From: Coprothermobacterota bacterium
Lineage (GTDB): Bacteria > Coprothermobacterota > HKB111
DNA length: 64,000 nt
Direction of reading: 5' to 3'
Assembly: GCA_037440465.1 (NCBI GenBank)
Contig: JBBIUB010000005.1
Coordinates: forward strand, 9,521 to 73,520
Program-made: the position numbers and the translations under genes
Notes under the pieces: generated by a model
Database searches by the model: none
The model's input: only the letters and a program-made list of their open reading frames with translations
Told to the model about the DNA's origin: nothing
Part shown: positions 28,997 through 39,689 of the stretch, piece by piece
Position numbering within the stretch: the stretch's first letter is position 1
Layout: each line of letters begins with the position of its first letter

Positions 28997-29475
28997 TCAC
29001 CTCTCTCTTCCATTGAGAGCTTTCTCATAGCATAATTAACAGCTTCTCGAGAAAACCCTTTTCGTTGAAGGTATGAATAAACCCTCTGTCTTTTCTTATC
29101 AAAATTTAATTTATTAATAGCTAATTTATTTAAATAATTATTTAAAGCTTTCAAAACAATTTCATTTTCTTTTTCTGATGAATACAAAGATTCAGCCAGG
29201 GAAAAAGAGTCTAAATCAAAACCATTATTTTTAAGAGAGAACAGAAAACCTCTTCTCCCAATTACTTCACCAGCTTGAATTCTCTCCCAGGTTCTTCTAA
29301 CCATTTTTTCTTCATCAATAAAACCTTTTAAGACCAGTTCTGAAACAATACTTTCAGCAGAATCACGACTAAAGCCTTTATCTCTCAATTTCTTAAGAAG
29401 CAAAGACCTGGGATAATCTTTTAAACTTAACACCCGAAGGGAATATTTAAACCCTTCCTCAAAGGATAGATTCAT
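28993..29475 (-). CDS. recX: Regulatory protein RecX
   Basis: Downstream of recA; KLRDKGF, GFIDE, YLQRKGF. Confidence 0.85.
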   Translation of the reverse strand: MNLSFEEGFKYSLRVLSLKDYPRSLLLKKLRDKGFSRDSAESIVSELVLKGFIDEEKMVRRTWERIQAGEVIGRRGFLFSLKNNGFDLDSFSLAESLYSSEKENEIVLKALNNYLNKLAINKLNFDKKRQRVYSYLQRKGFSREAVNYAMRKLSMEERGD

Positions 29476-29487
29476 ATAAGTAAAGGA

Positions 29488-30519
29488 CTAAGATTCCTCA
29501 GTTGGGTTTAGAACTGTTGTTGTGCGACTGGCGAGGGCGATTTCCCTTATATTCCCCTCAAGTTTGTTAGCCATCTCAGGGTGTTCTTCAAGATAAAGCT
29601 TGCCATTCTCTTTACCTTGACCAAGCCTTATGTCTCCCCAATAATACCAGGTGCCACTCTTTGAAAGAACCCCGTAATTAACTCCTAAATCAAGAAGAGC
29701 TCCTGTTTTGGAAATACCTTTACCATATATCAATTCAAACTCGGCTTGTTTAAACGGCGGTGCCACCTTGTTTTTAACAACCCTGGCTCTTATTAGTGAA
29801 CCCATGGTATCTGACCCCTGTTTCAAAGTATCTACTTTACGCAGATCTATCCTCAAGGTAGCATAAAACTTAAGAGCTCTACCACCAGGAGTTACCTCTG
29901 GATTGCCAACGTGAAAACCTGTTGAAATTTTTTCCCTTAACTGATTAAGAAACAAGGCAGAGGTTCGAGATCTATTAATGGAGGCTACTAATCTTCTCAG
30001 AGATTGAGACATAAGTCTTGCTTGTAATCCCATAAAGGAATCTCCAAAATCACCTTCCAGCTCAGCCTTTGGTACAAGGGCAGCCACTGTATCAATAATA
30101 ACCATTTCCACAGATTGGCTTCTCACTAATATCTCTGCGATCTCCAGGGCTTGCTCACCATGGTCGGGCTGAGAAATTAGGAGATTAGACACATCTACTC
30201 CTATGGCCTGAGCATAATTTGGATCCAGTGCATGCTCCGCATCAATAAAAGCTACTATTCCCCCCATCTTCTGGGTTTCACTGGCAGCGTGTAGAGCTAC
30301 TGTGGTCTTTCCAGAGGATTCAGGTCCATAAATTTCAACTATCCTTCCTCTCGGATAACCTCCCGCACCTAATGCAATGTCAAGGGGCAATATCCCGGTA
30401 GGTATCACCTCTATATTAGGAATAGAAGACGAACCAAGTCTCATAATAGAACCCTTGCCATACTGTTTCTCTATCATACTGAAGGCTTGCTCTAAAGCCT
30501 TTTCCCTTTCTATGGACAT
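29488..30519 (-). CDS. recA: Recombinase RecA
   Basis: [42 protein letters not shown]. Confidence 0.99.
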   Translation of the reverse strand: MSIEREKALEQAFSMIEKQYGKGSIMRLGSSSIPNIEVIPTGILPLDIALGAGGYPRGRIVEIYGPESSGKTTVALHAASETQKMGGIVAFIDAEHALDPNYAQAIGVDVSNLLISQPDHGEQALEIAEILVRSQSVEMVIIDTVAALVPKAELEGDFGDSFMGLQARLMSQSLRRLVASINRSRTSALFLNQLREKISTGFHVGNPEVTPGGRALKFYATLRIDLRKVDTLKQGSDTMGSLIRARVVKNKVAPPFKQAEFELIYGKGISKTGALLDLGVNYGVLSKSGTWYYWGDIRLGQGKENGKLYLEEHPEMANKLEGNIREIALASRTTTVLNPTEES

Positions 30520-30520
30520 T

Positions 30521-31093
30521 TTATTGCTCCTTCCTTTCTTTCAACTTATTAAGAGAATACTCTCCAATAATAGTATACACTGGTCCTGTCGGTTTAAGAA
30601 TACTTTCAAATAATACGAGAAATAATACTTCAAATTTAATCATAACAGGTTCAATATCAGGAAGTGGAATTGTTCTACCTTCTTTCTTTGACCTCCCAAT
30701 AGTAAAGTGTGGTATATACTCACGCTCATCAAAAGAAATATTTTTTCTTCTCAAATCTCTTGAAAGAAAATTATTTATCTTCTTTAAGTTTTCGGCACTT
30801 TCTCTGTCTTCAATATCCAAAAAAGCAACCCGGGGGTGTTTCAAAGAAGGAAAAGCTCCAAGAGTTGTAAGAGAAACATTGAAGGGTAAGAACTCTTTGC
30901 TCGTTTTTTCAAGTGTTTTTTTTATTTCTTCTACTTCAATAGGGTTCTTTTCTCCATAGAACTGAAGAGTTATATGTAAATTGTCTTTAGATACCCATTT
31001 AAAATCTCTGTTTGTAGAAGATAAATTATCAAGAATAATACTAATCTCGTTACGAACTTTTTCCGGAACAGATATTCCTGAAAATACTCTCAT
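30521..31093 (-). CDS. thpR: RNA 2',3'-cyclic phosphodiesterase (2H family)
   Basis: HITL and PHFT 2H motifs; GPVY C-terminus. Confidence 0.92.
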   Translation of the reverse strand: MRVFSGISVPEKVRNEISIILDNLSSTNRDFKWVSKDNLHITLQFYGEKNPIEVEEIKKTLEKTSKEFLPFNVSLTTLGAFPSLKHPRVAFLDIEDRESAENLKKINNFLSRDLRRKNISFDEREYIPHFTIGRSKKEGRTIPLPDIEPVMIKFEVLFLVLFESILKPTGPVYTIIGEYSLNKLKERKEQ

Positions 31094-32391
31094 ACAATTT
31101 TCCCTTTCAAATCAACTTCTTCAAATTTTGTTATCTGTACTTTGGTAAAGTCACCTATTTTAGGTTTTTCTTTAAAGGCTTTTATATAAACCCTGGCATC
31201 TACTTCAGGGGCATCCATATAACTTCTACCTGAAACTTCTTCCCCAGCTTCCTCCACTAAAACCTCTAACACTCTACCTATCTGCTGCTTATTAAACTTC
31301 TCCCGTATTAATACCTGGGTATTTTGTGCTTCGTTAAGTCTTTTTACTAATAAAGAAGACCTAACCTTATCAAAGTAAATAGATGATTCTGTTCCTTCTT
31401 CATCATAATATGGGAAAAAACCCACTCTTGGAATTTCCAGTTCTTTAAGACTATTCATTAAGAAATTGAAATGCTTTTCCTTTTCCCCCGGAAAGCCAAC
31501 TATAAATGTGCTTCTCATAACTATTTCAGGTATGGCGTTTCTTAAATCCCTAATAAGGTTCTTTACAAAAGAATAACCATATTTTCTCCCCATAAGTTTC
31601 AAGATATCATCATGAGTATGTTGTAAAGGAATATCTAAATATTTAACTATCTTTTTTTCAGAAGCTAAAACAGAGATAAGTTGGGGTGTAATTCTTGTTG
31701 GATAAATATACATAACCCTTAACCAGAAATTATATGGAAGAGATGATATTTTTTTTAGTAATTCAGCAAGCTTTAATTCCCCATAAAGGTCATAACCATA
31801 AAGCCCGCTATCTTGAGAAACCAGAATTAATTCCTTAAAACCTGACTTCAAAAAATGTTCACCTTCTTTTACAATTTCTTCTATCTTTCTACTCCTGTAG
31901 GAGCCTTTTATATATGGAATAGTACAGTAACTACAGTGGTTATCACAACCTTCTGAAATCTTTAAATAAGAATAGGGATATGTAGATGAAAGAAAATGCT
32001 CTCCAGATGAATAAATTAGACCTTTATGCCCTTTCAAACACCCCGTAATATTTTCATGCATTAGCCGGGGTAAATCCGGTATCAAACTGGAGCTTATGAC
32101 AAGATCCAGACCTTTATATTTCTTCCAGAAATCCTCTACAAACCTGTCAACCATACAACCTACAACTATCAATTTGAAATTATATTTTGTTTTAAGTAAT
32201 AATAAATCCTCTATCTCCCTAAGAGATTCTTCAACCGCAGGCTTTATGAAAGAGCAGGTATTTACTATAACAACCTCTGCTTCTTCTGCTAAGTTAACTG
32301 AAGACCAATTCTGAGGGTATAGAAGAGATGCTATTATTTCAGAATCTACTCTGTTCTTGGGACAACCTAAAGATGTAATTTGAAACTTCAT
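31090..32391 (-). CDS. rimO: Ribosomal protein S12 methylthiotransferase
   Basis: LGCPKNRVDSE, NTCSFI, KISEGCDNHCSYC, APEVD. Confidence 0.93.
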   Translation of the reverse strand: MKFQITSLGCPKNRVDSEIIASLLYPQNWSSVNLAEEAEVVIVNTCSFIKPAVEESLREIEDLLLLKTKYNFKLIVVGCMVDRFVEDFWKKYKGLDLVISSSLIPDLPRLMHENITGCLKGHKGLIYSSGEHFLSSTYPYSYLKISEGCDNHCSYCTIPYIKGSYRSRKIEEIVKEGEHFLKSGFKELILVSQDSGLYGYDLYGELKLAELLKKISSLPYNFWLRVMYIYPTRITPQLISVLASEKKIVKYLDIPLQHTHDDILKLMGRKYGYSFVKNLIRDLRNAIPEIVMRSTFIVGFPGEKEKHFNFLMNSLKELEIPRVGFFPYYDEEGTESSIYFDKVRSSLLVKRLNEAQNTQVLIREKFNKQQIGRVLEVLVEEAGEEVSGRSYMDAPEVDARVYIKAFKEKPKIGDFTKVQITKFEEVDLKGKIV

Positions 32392-33110
32392 CTACTTATA
32401 GGATGGTAAACTACATCTCTCCTTACTTCTCCCTCAGTACCCAGAGAAGGTTGTAATATACCATCTACCAAAACATTCAATACACCTGCATTTCCTACCC
32501 ATAATCGTACTTCTTTTTTACCCTTAAATTCATATTTCTCTCCAGGTGTAAGTATCTTCCGTAGAGCAGGAATCTCTTCTTCATCAACATTTACCTGGAC
32601 CCAACAACGATCTTTAATCACTTCAATTTGTACTATAACTATCTTTTCCAAAGGAGGTTTAACTGGTTCAATATCTACAGGAGGTTCATTAATTGGTTTT
32701 TCATCTTCTGGAGGTTGGGTTGGAGCTATAACCTTAGGTTCACCATTATCAATTCCAATTAGAGATATATAACTTCTATAACCGATAAAGAGTAATAAAA
32801 AAGTTAAAGATACAGCAATCAGGTAATGCTTTAAACCAGGACGTCGCGGATGCTTTGAAAATTCTAACTCTTCTTCCTCATCTTCTTGAAAAGGCTGTGA
32901 CTCAGCATCCTTTAATATTCCCAAGTACCTGGCATAGGTTCTGTAAAACAATTGAAAAAAATTAATATCTTCAAAAAAAGAGTAATCTCCTTCTTCCAGG
33001 GCTTTAAGTTTTCGGGTGTCTACTTGAATATCCGCTGAAACTTCTTCTATACTTTTCCCTGAAGCTCTTCTCCTTTCTTTCAACTCCTTACCAATTTCTA
33101 TATAGTCCAT
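32388..33110 (-). CDS. rodZ: RodZ-like HTH/TM/DUF4115 protein
   Basis: N-terminal HTH (ALEEG, YARYLG), one TM, C-terminal CWVQV...GNAGVL. Confidence 0.8.
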   Translation of the reverse strand: MDYIEIGKELKERRRASGKSIEEVSADIQVDTRKLKALEEGDYSFFEDINFFQLFYRTYARYLGILKDAESQPFQEDEEEELEFSKHPRRPGLKHYLIAVSLTFLLLFIGYRSYISLIGIDNGEPKVIAPTQPPEDEKPINEPPVDIEPVKPPLEKIVIVQIEVIKDRCWVQVNVDEEEIPALRKILTPGEKYEFKGKKEVRLWVGNAGVLNVLVDGILQPSLGTEGEVRRDVVYHPISR

Positions 33111-33120
33111 AATTTCCCTC

Positions 33121-34737
33121 CTAATTAAAAGAAAGAACTACTACATAAGGTTGTCTTTTAAGTTTCCGAGAAAAAAATTGCTCTATAGATCTTTCCAGCT
33201 TCCTTTTATCAAGACCTTCCCGTTGGATATATGCTTTAATGTGATCTCTTAACTCACTAATAATAACCTCAGATCCCTTTTCATAAAGAAGGCCCAGCGC
33301 CTTAATCTCTGGAGGTTTAATAAAATATTTTTCATCCCCGGTTAGATGCAAGCCAACTATTACTACCCCTTCACGGGCTAACACAGAGCGCTCTTTTAAT
33401 ACTACTTCTTTTAAATCACCTACTCCTAACCCATCTACATATATAGCGTCAAGGTTTATAGTTTTTATCACTCTTACTTTACCCTCGTAGAATTCTACCA
33501 TATCTCCATTCTTTAGAAGTATGACCCTTTTTGAGGGAACAAAATAATCACTGGCAAGTTTAGCATGATAAACCAGATGGCGTTCTTCGCCATGGACTGG
33601 TATAAAATAGTTCGGTTTTACTAAGCTTAAAAGAAGTTTTAACTCTTCTTGCTTTGCGTGACCTGATGTATGAACTCCATGAGTATCAGAGTGAACAACC
33701 TCCACACCTCTCCACATCAAAGTATTAATAATGCGGTTTACGGTTCTCTCGTTACCTGGTATTGGGTCAGCAGAAATAACGACCATGTCATCTTTCCCCA
33801 GCTGAATTTTTTTATATTCACCATTTGCCAGTCGTGACAGTACTGACATAGGTTCTCCCTGACTACCAGTAGTTAAAACTACCAATTTATGGCGAGGAAA
33901 TCTGTTGGCTTCTTCCATAGAAATAAAAATATCTGATTGAGACCTGAGATAACCCAGTCTTCTGGCGGTCTCCACAGTAATCACCATAGACTTTCCATCT
34001 ACCACAACTTTTCTCCCATGTATCTGGGCAATATCCAGAACTTGACTTATCCGTTGTACGTTAGAGGCAAAGGTGGTTACTACTATAAGGCCTTTAAATC
34101 CTGAAAAAACATTATCCAATGCTTCTCTCACTGTGCGTTCACTCTTAACATACCCTGCTTCATCTGCATTAGTGCTATCAGAAGTAAAAAGAAGAACTCC
34201 TCTTTTCCCCCATTCAGTAAATTTTGTTAAATCTGTATATTGTCCATCAACAGGAGAGTTATCAATTTTGAAATCACCAGAATGAACTATCAGACCTTGA
34301 GGTGTGGTTAATGCAAACCCCACACCACCGGGAACACTATGGTTTACCTGGGCAAACTCAAAAGAAAATGGACCAAAATTATATTTTTCATCAGGATTCA
34401 ATATCATTAAATCTGCGTCTATACCGTGCTCCTTCAACCTGTGCTCAGCTAAGCCCAGAGTCAAAGTGGTTCCATAAACTGGAGCTTTGACTACTTTTAG
34501 AAGGTATGATAAAGCACCTACATGATCTTCATGCCCATGAGTCAGGATAATTCCTGAAACTTTCTTACCCTTTAGATAGGAGAAATCAGGTATGAGATAG
34601 TCAATGCCCAACTCTTCTTCACCGGGAAACTTAAGACCAGCATCAACAACTACTATCTGCCCATCATACTCCCAGATTGTTGAGTTTTTCCCTATCTCCC
34701 CTAATCCACCCAGGGGAATCATATTTAGTTTTTTCAT
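33121..34737 (-). CDS. rnj: Ribonuclease J
   Basis: PLGGLGEIGKN, THGHEDH, SDSTNA, TGSQGEP, HTSGH, PVHGE. Confidence 0.97.
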   Translation of the reverse strand: MKKLNMIPLGGLGEIGKNSTIWEYDGQIVVVDAGLKFPGEEELGIDYLIPDFSYLKGKKVSGIILTHGHEDHVGALSYLLKVVKAPVYGTTLTLGLAEHRLKEHGIDADLMILNPDEKYNFGPFSFEFAQVNHSVPGGVGFALTTPQGLIVHSGDFKIDNSPVDGQYTDLTKFTEWGKRGVLLFTSDSTNADEAGYVKSERTVREALDNVFSGFKGLIVVTTFASNVQRISQVLDIAQIHGRKVVVDGKSMVITVETARRLGYLRSQSDIFISMEEANRFPRHKLVVLTTGSQGEPMSVLSRLANGEYKKIQLGKDDMVVISADPIPGNERTVNRIINTLMWRGVEVVHSDTHGVHTSGHAKQEELKLLLSLVKPNYFIPVHGEERHLVYHAKLASDYFVPSKRVILLKNGDMVEFYEGKVRVIKTINLDAIYVDGLGVGDLKEVVLKERSVLAREGVVIVGLHLTGDEKYFIKPPEIKALGLLYEKGSEVIISELRDHIKAYIQREGLDKRKLERSIEQFFSRKLKRQPYVVVLSFN

Positions 34738-34764
34738 ATAAATCTTACAGACCTGCTAAAGAAG

Positions 34765-36843
34765 TTAAGGCAAGTCTTTCTGGGTGAGATTAATCCTTCC
34801 TAAATTATCAATGTTGTTGACTTTCACTCTTATAACATCACCCACCTTAAATGCTGAACGTTGCTGACCCTCTGGAAACTCCATCTGAGATGAATGGAGA
34901 AGTCCATCTTTATTTGGTGCTATCTCTACAAATACTCCAAATGGCATAATCCGTGCTACCCTTCCTTCGTATAGTCCACCAACTTTAACTCCTCTAAGGA
35001 TTGTTTCAACATAGGAGTAAGCCTTTTTAAGCGCTTCCTTACTGGGAGCAGTTATGTAACCTTTTCCGGTATTATCCTGTAAGTCTATCTGAGCACCTGT
35101 ATCTTTGCTTATTTTACGTATAACCTTACCACCTGGGCCAATTAATTCGCCAATCTTGTCAGGTTCTATATCAAAAGAGACTACATGTGGTGCATAAACA
35201 GAGAGATCTGGCCTTGGTTTTGAAATAGCTCTGGACATATTTTCAAGAATATACAAACGAGCTTCTTTAGCTCTGTATAATGATTCTTTTATGACATTAT
35301 CTTCTATGCCAGCTGTTTTGTTATCCAGCTGAATTGCAGTAATACCCCGGGAAGTGCCTGCCACTTTAAAGTCCATATCGCCAAGTGCATCTTCCACTCC
35401 CTGAATATCTGTCAGGATAACATATTTATCTCCTTCTTTTATAAGACCGATTGAGATGCCTGCTACCGGGTATTTTATTGGAACGCCGGCATCCATCAAA
35501 GATAAACAACCACCACATACAGAGGCCATAGAAGTGGAACCGTTTGATTCTAAAACTTCCGATACCAGGCGTATTGTATAAGGAAACTCATCTTCTTTAG
35601 GAAGAACAGGTATCAATGCCCGTGCAGCCAATACACCATGTCCTATCTCTCTTCTCCCGGGTCCTCTCAAGGGTCGAGCTTCTCCCACTGAGTAAGGATA
35701 AAAATTGTAATGATACATAAATCTTTTAAATTCGTCCAATCCCAAACCATCAATAAACTGAACATCCTGAAATGCACCTAAAGTGGTCACTGAGAGAACC
35801 TGAGTCTGACCTCTACTAAAAAGGCTAGAACCATGAACACGCGGGAGAATGCCTACTCTTGATTTCAATTCTCTTATCTCATTAGGATGACGTCCATCGA
35901 TTCTTTTATCCTGTGTGATTGTTAGAAGTCTGACCTGTTTTTTAAAATATTTATGAACAAGCTCTTTAACCTGACTTATTCTATTAGAGTCTTCATCACC
36001 TAATATGTCAACTGCTTCATCCAGCAGGAGGCTCATGGCATCTTCGCGCTGTAGTTTGTCGCTATTTATAAACTCTCCACTGGCAAATCTTTCTTTTACG
36101 AACTCTCTGGCTTTTTTTTCCAGTTCAGGGTCAAACTCTGCCGGTGGTATAACCAGCTTTACAGGCTTAATCTCATCAGAAAGCTCTTCAATAAGGGATA
36201 TAATAGGCTTAATGGCTTCTTTAGCAAGTTTAACACCTTCCAAAATTATTTCTTCAGAAAGTTCTATGGATCCTGCTTCTACCATTACCACATCATCACT
36301 GGTGGCTGCTACAACCAAATCAAGGGTTCCAGAGTCTATCTCACCCGAAGTTGGATTCAGTATAAACTTATCGTCAACCCTGCCTACTCTAACTGCTCCT
36401 ATAGTTTTATTAAAAGGTATGGGTGATATAGAAAGTGCTGCTGAAGCACCAATAATTGCTAGCACATCAGGAGGATTTTCACCATCTACCGATAAAACAG
36501 TTACTACGACTTGAACATCATTTTTAAAATTAGGCGGGAAAAGAGAACGGATTGACCTGTCTATTAATCTCGCTTTAATTGTTTCTTCTTCGGTCGGCTT
36601 ACCTTCCCTCTTAAAATAACCACCTGGAATTTTGCCTGCAGCGTACAATCTTTCACTGTAATCTACAATTAACGGGAAGAAGTCTTGCCCTTCCCGAGGT
36701 TTCTTTTCAGCTGTGGCTGTAACAAGGACCATTGTATCACCATAGCGAACCAACACAGCCCCTCCAGCTTGCCCTGCCAGAAGACCGGTACTTAACTCTA
36801 ATCTCCTTCCAAATATATCTATTCCTTTTTTTATTTCATCCAT
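34765..36843 (-). CDS. pnp: Polyribonucleotide nucleotidyltransferase
   Basis: AAGKIPGG, RLIDRSIR, RREIGHG, SNGSTSMAS, GDMDFKVAG, KH and S1 domains. Confidence 0.98.
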   Translation of the reverse strand: MDEIKKGIDIFGRRLELSTGLLAGQAGGAVLVRYGDTMVLVTATAEKKPREGQDFFPLIVDYSERLYAAGKIPGGYFKREGKPTEEETIKARLIDRSIRSLFPPNFKNDVQVVVTVLSVDGENPPDVLAIIGASAALSISPIPFNKTIGAVRVGRVDDKFILNPTSGEIDSGTLDLVVAATSDDVVMVEAGSIELSEEIILEGVKLAKEAIKPIISLIEELSDEIKPVKLVIPPAEFDPELEKKAREFVKERFASGEFINSDKLQREDAMSLLLDEAVDILGDEDSNRISQVKELVHKYFKKQVRLLTITQDKRIDGRHPNEIRELKSRVGILPRVHGSSLFSRGQTQVLSVTTLGAFQDVQFIDGLGLDEFKRFMYHYNFYPYSVGEARPLRGPGRREIGHGVLAARALIPVLPKEDEFPYTIRLVSEVLESNGSTSMASVCGGCLSLMDAGVPIKYPVAGISIGLIKEGDKYVILTDIQGVEDALGDMDFKVAGTSRGITAIQLDNKTAGIEDNVIKESLYRAKEARLYILENMSRAISKPRPDLSVYAPHVVSFDIEPDKIGELIGPGGKVIRKISKDTGAQIDLQDNTGKGYITAPSKEALKKAYSYVETILRGVKVGGLYEGRVARIMPFGVFVEIAPNKDGLLHSSQMEFPEGQQRSAFKVGDVIRVKVNNIDNLGRINLTQKDLP

Positions 36844-36868
36844 ATAATTCTAATTGATTTTATAAAAT

Positions 36869-37138
36869 CTACCTCCTTAAATTCAATCTATCAGTAAGCT
36901 TGATATATCTATCAAAATCTTTATCTTTGAGATAAGCCAATAACCTTCTCCTGCGCCCTACCATCTTCAATAAACCTCTACGGGAATGAATATCCTTGTT
37001 ATGGACCTTAAGGTGGGCAGATAGGTTTTTAATCCTCTCTGTTAAAAGAGATATCTGAACCTCAGGAGAACCTGTGTCTTTCACATGTACAGCATAATCG
37101 TTTATAAGTTCTTGTTTCTTATCTTTTGTAAAAACCAA
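36869..37138 (-). CDS. rpsO: 30S ribosomal protein S15
   Basis: [30 protein letters not shown]. Confidence 0.98.
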   Translation of the reverse strand: MVFTKDKKQELINDYAVHVKDTGSPEVQISLLTERIKNLSAHLKVHNKDIHSRRGLLKMVGRRRRLLAYLKDKDFDRYIKLTDRLNLRR

Positions 37139-37153
37139 ACTAAAACACCTCCT

Positions 37154-38074
37154 TTAAACTATCTTACTAACATATTCTACCACAAAATCCGATGCAGAGT
37201 AAAAACTCAACTCATCTCTAATCTTATCCACATCGTCTTTGATAGCCAATGCTAAATCTTGAGGGGATGGAAATCTTCTTTCTTCCCTTAAAAAAGTTGT
37301 AGGATAAATCTCTAGAAATTCCCCCCTTAAATTTCCCTTAAAATCAAGTATATGCACTTCAGGTATAATCAGTTTACCACCAAATGTAGGTGAATCTCCA
37401 ATATTAAGAGCACCTTTATAAAGTTTACCTTTATAAAGAACCCATGCCGCGTAAACCCCTTGTGGGGGTAACAACTTAAAGGGAGGTATTCTCAAGTTAG
37501 CTGTTTCAAAGCCCAAGCTCGTTCCTCTCCCAATACCAGGGACAACATTTCCATAAATAAGGTAAGGATGACCAAGTAATTTTGAAGCATCTGAGAGATC
37601 GCCAGATTGAATCAACCTCCGAATCTGAGAACTTGAGATGGGACCTTCTGATGATTCCCTGAGAGGAATTGCACAAGCTTCCAGTCCTTCCTTTTGAGCA
37701 AGCTTAACCAGTTCATAAGCTGTTCCACTTCTATTTTTACCAAAGGCAAAGTTCTCTCCAACAACTATCTTGGCTATTTCGCATTCCTCTATTAATATTT
37801 TCCTAAGAAATACTTCAGGGGTCATCAAGTTTACTTTTTCGAAATCTATAACTTTTATCTGTGGAACACCAACTCTTCTTAACAACAAAATCCTCTCATC
37901 AATGGAAGATAGGATAGAGGGAACTTTTTTAAGATACATAGCTGGTAAAGGGTCAAAAGTAATAGCAGAAAGAAGTAAACCATATCTCAATGCAATATCT
38001 CGAGCTTGTGATATTAAATACTGATGACCAAGATGAACACCATCAAAAGATCCTATTACAGCTATAGATTTCAT
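37154..38074 (-). CDS. ribF: Riboflavin kinase/FAD synthetase
   Basis: GSFDGVHLGH, ISSSQIR, GFETAN, EVHILDF. Confidence 0.95.
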   Translation of the reverse strand: MKSIAVIGSFDGVHLGHQYLISQARDIALRYGLLLSAITFDPLPAMYLKKVPSILSSIDERILLLRRVGVPQIKVIDFEKVNLMTPEVFLRKILIEECEIAKIVVGENFAFGKNRSGTAYELVKLAQKEGLEACAIPLRESSEGPISSSQIRRLIQSGDLSDASKLLGHPYLIYGNVVPGIGRGTSLGFETANLRIPPFKLLPPQGVYAAWVLYKGKLYKGALNIGDSPTFGGKLIIPEVHILDFKGNLRGEFLEIYPTTFLREERRFPSPQDLALAIKDDVDKIRDELSFYSASDFVVEYVSKIV

Positions 38075-39072
38075 TTACAAGTATGCCTCCTCAAAAAATC
38101 TAATACTTCTTCTTCAATACTCTTTAGTTCCCCTTTTAGTGTAAAACCTGCTGCTTGAGGGTGTCCACCACCACCCCAGTTGGAAGCAAGTTGATTTACA
38201 TCTATACTCCCTTTAGACCTCAAACTGATTCTAATACTACCAGGTTTAATCTCCTTAAATAGAATTGCTAATTTACAATTTTTTCTATTTCTAAAAAATT
38301 CCACAATACCTTCTGTATCTCCCTCACCTAGTCTCAACGAATTATAAACATTATTAGGGATAGAGCTCCAGATAAGACCATGCTTCGCGTCTGTATTACT
38401 ATGGAGTAGAGCATATCCCCACGCTCTAAACTGCCCATCAGTCATATTTTCTCTGACTCTTAAGTTTACTCTCGAAATGGAAGCTCCACATCTTAACAGA
38501 AAGCCAACTGTCTCCATGGTCTTTTCAGTAACATTTGGATATGAAAAATATCCCGTATCTGTCAATATGCCAAGCAAAAAAAGGTCTGCCACTTCCGGCA
38601 AAAACAAATCTTTCCCTGTTCCCTGCTTATTAAACATAAAAATTCTAGCCAAACCTTCGCAAGTAGAAGACCAGTTTGTGTCTACAAAGTTAAATTCTCC
38701 GAAATTTGTATTACTGACATGGTGGTCTATATTAAAGATAATCTTATCTTTAAGATAAGCATGTCTATTATTCAAGCCACTCCTCGAAAGATCAGCCATA
38801 TCTAAAAAAACTAAACTTTTATATTGTGGAGCTATCTCTTCTAATGATTCCATATAACTATGTTTTATAGCACCCATCAATTCCCTGTATTGAATTGGAA
38901 GGGAAGAATGAAGATAAATTGACGATAAAAGACCCATATTATCTAAAAATGATTTAAGGCCAAATATTGCTCCCAGTGCATCTCCATCTGGATTCTCATG
39001 AGTAATAATTAGAATTGGTTGGTTTTTTATTAAGAGTATTAAAAGATTATCAATTGCTTTTTCTGATATCAT
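38071..39072 (-). CDS. nrnA: DHH family oligoribonuclease/PAP phosphatase
   Basis: HENPDGD, IDHH, TDTG, SLRS, GGGGHPQAAG. Confidence 0.9.
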   Translation of the reverse strand: MISEKAIDNLLILLIKNQPILIITHENPDGDALGAIFGLKSFLDNMGLLSSIYLHSSLPIQYRELMGAIKHSYMESLEEIAPQYKSLVFLDMADLSRSGLNNRHAYLKDKIIFNIDHHVSNTNFGEFNFVDTNWSSTCEGLARIFMFNKQGTGKDLFLPEVADLFLLGILTDTGYFSYPNVTEKTMETVGFLLRCGASISRVNLRVRENMTDGQFRAWGYALLHSNTDAKHGLIWSSIPNNVYNSLRLGEGDTEGIVEFFRNRKNCKLAILFKEIKPGSIRISLRSKGSIDVNQLASNWGGGGHPQAAGFTLKGELKSIEEEVLDFLRRHTCK

Positions 39073-39394
39073 TTAGAAGTTTATCAATTTTAAACCCGCG
39101 TTCAATGGACTCATCGACCTCAAACCTAAGTTGTGGGATATACCTCGCTCTTATTCTTCTTGTTATTTCCCATCTTATAGAACCAGCCTCTTTGTTCAAT
39201 GTTTTTATGGCCATAGCTTTTTCCTGCGAAGTACCATAAGTACTTATGTACACAAAAGCTTGCTTAAGATCTGCTGATATTTCTACCCCAGTAACAGTAG
39301 TATGAGCCAGAGCCGGTTTTTCAAGCTCCTTGATTATAAATTCACCTATTTCTTTTTTAATAATAGATTGCATTCTTTCTTTTTTAAAACTCAA
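39050..39394 (-). CDS. rbfA: Ribosome-binding factor A
   Basis: SADLKQAFVY, RYIPQLRFEVDES. TTG start at 39394 follows GGAGG. Confidence 0.92.
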   Translation of the reverse strand: MSFKKERMQSIIKKEIGEFIIKELEKPALAHTTVTGVEISADLKQAFVYISTYGTSQEKAMAIKTLNKEAGSIRWEITRRIRARYIPQLRFEVDESIERGFKIDKLLNDIRKSN

Positions 39395-39396
39395 CT

Positions 39397-39684
39397 TTAA
39401 GCCTCCCAGACCTCTATTTCTTCTCCAATTACCTGGCAATCAAAGTTTTCCTCGAGAGAGTCTACGACATTATGAATTAACCTATTAGCCAAGTCTCTGG
39501 AAGAAACAGCTCCAGCCATTTCTAAAACAGAGAAATTACAGGTATTTTGCCCATCAGCTTCAATAACTGATAGACTGTAAGCCTTCCGCATATAAGAAGT
39601 AATACTTTTCACAATATTGCGTTTATCTTTTAAGGTTCTCGTACCAGGGAATCTCAGTGCGACCCTACCAATACCCACAGCCAT
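39397..39684 (-). CDS. ylxP: DUF503 (YlxP) family protein
   Basis: TLKDKRNIVKS motif; sits between infB and rbfA. Confidence 0.88.
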   Translation of the reverse strand: MAVGIGRVALRFPGTRTLKDKRNIVKSITSYMRKAYSLSVIEADGQNTCNFSVLEMAGAVSSRDLANRLIHNVVDSLEENFDCQVIGEEIEVWEA

Positions 39685-39689
39685 TATAA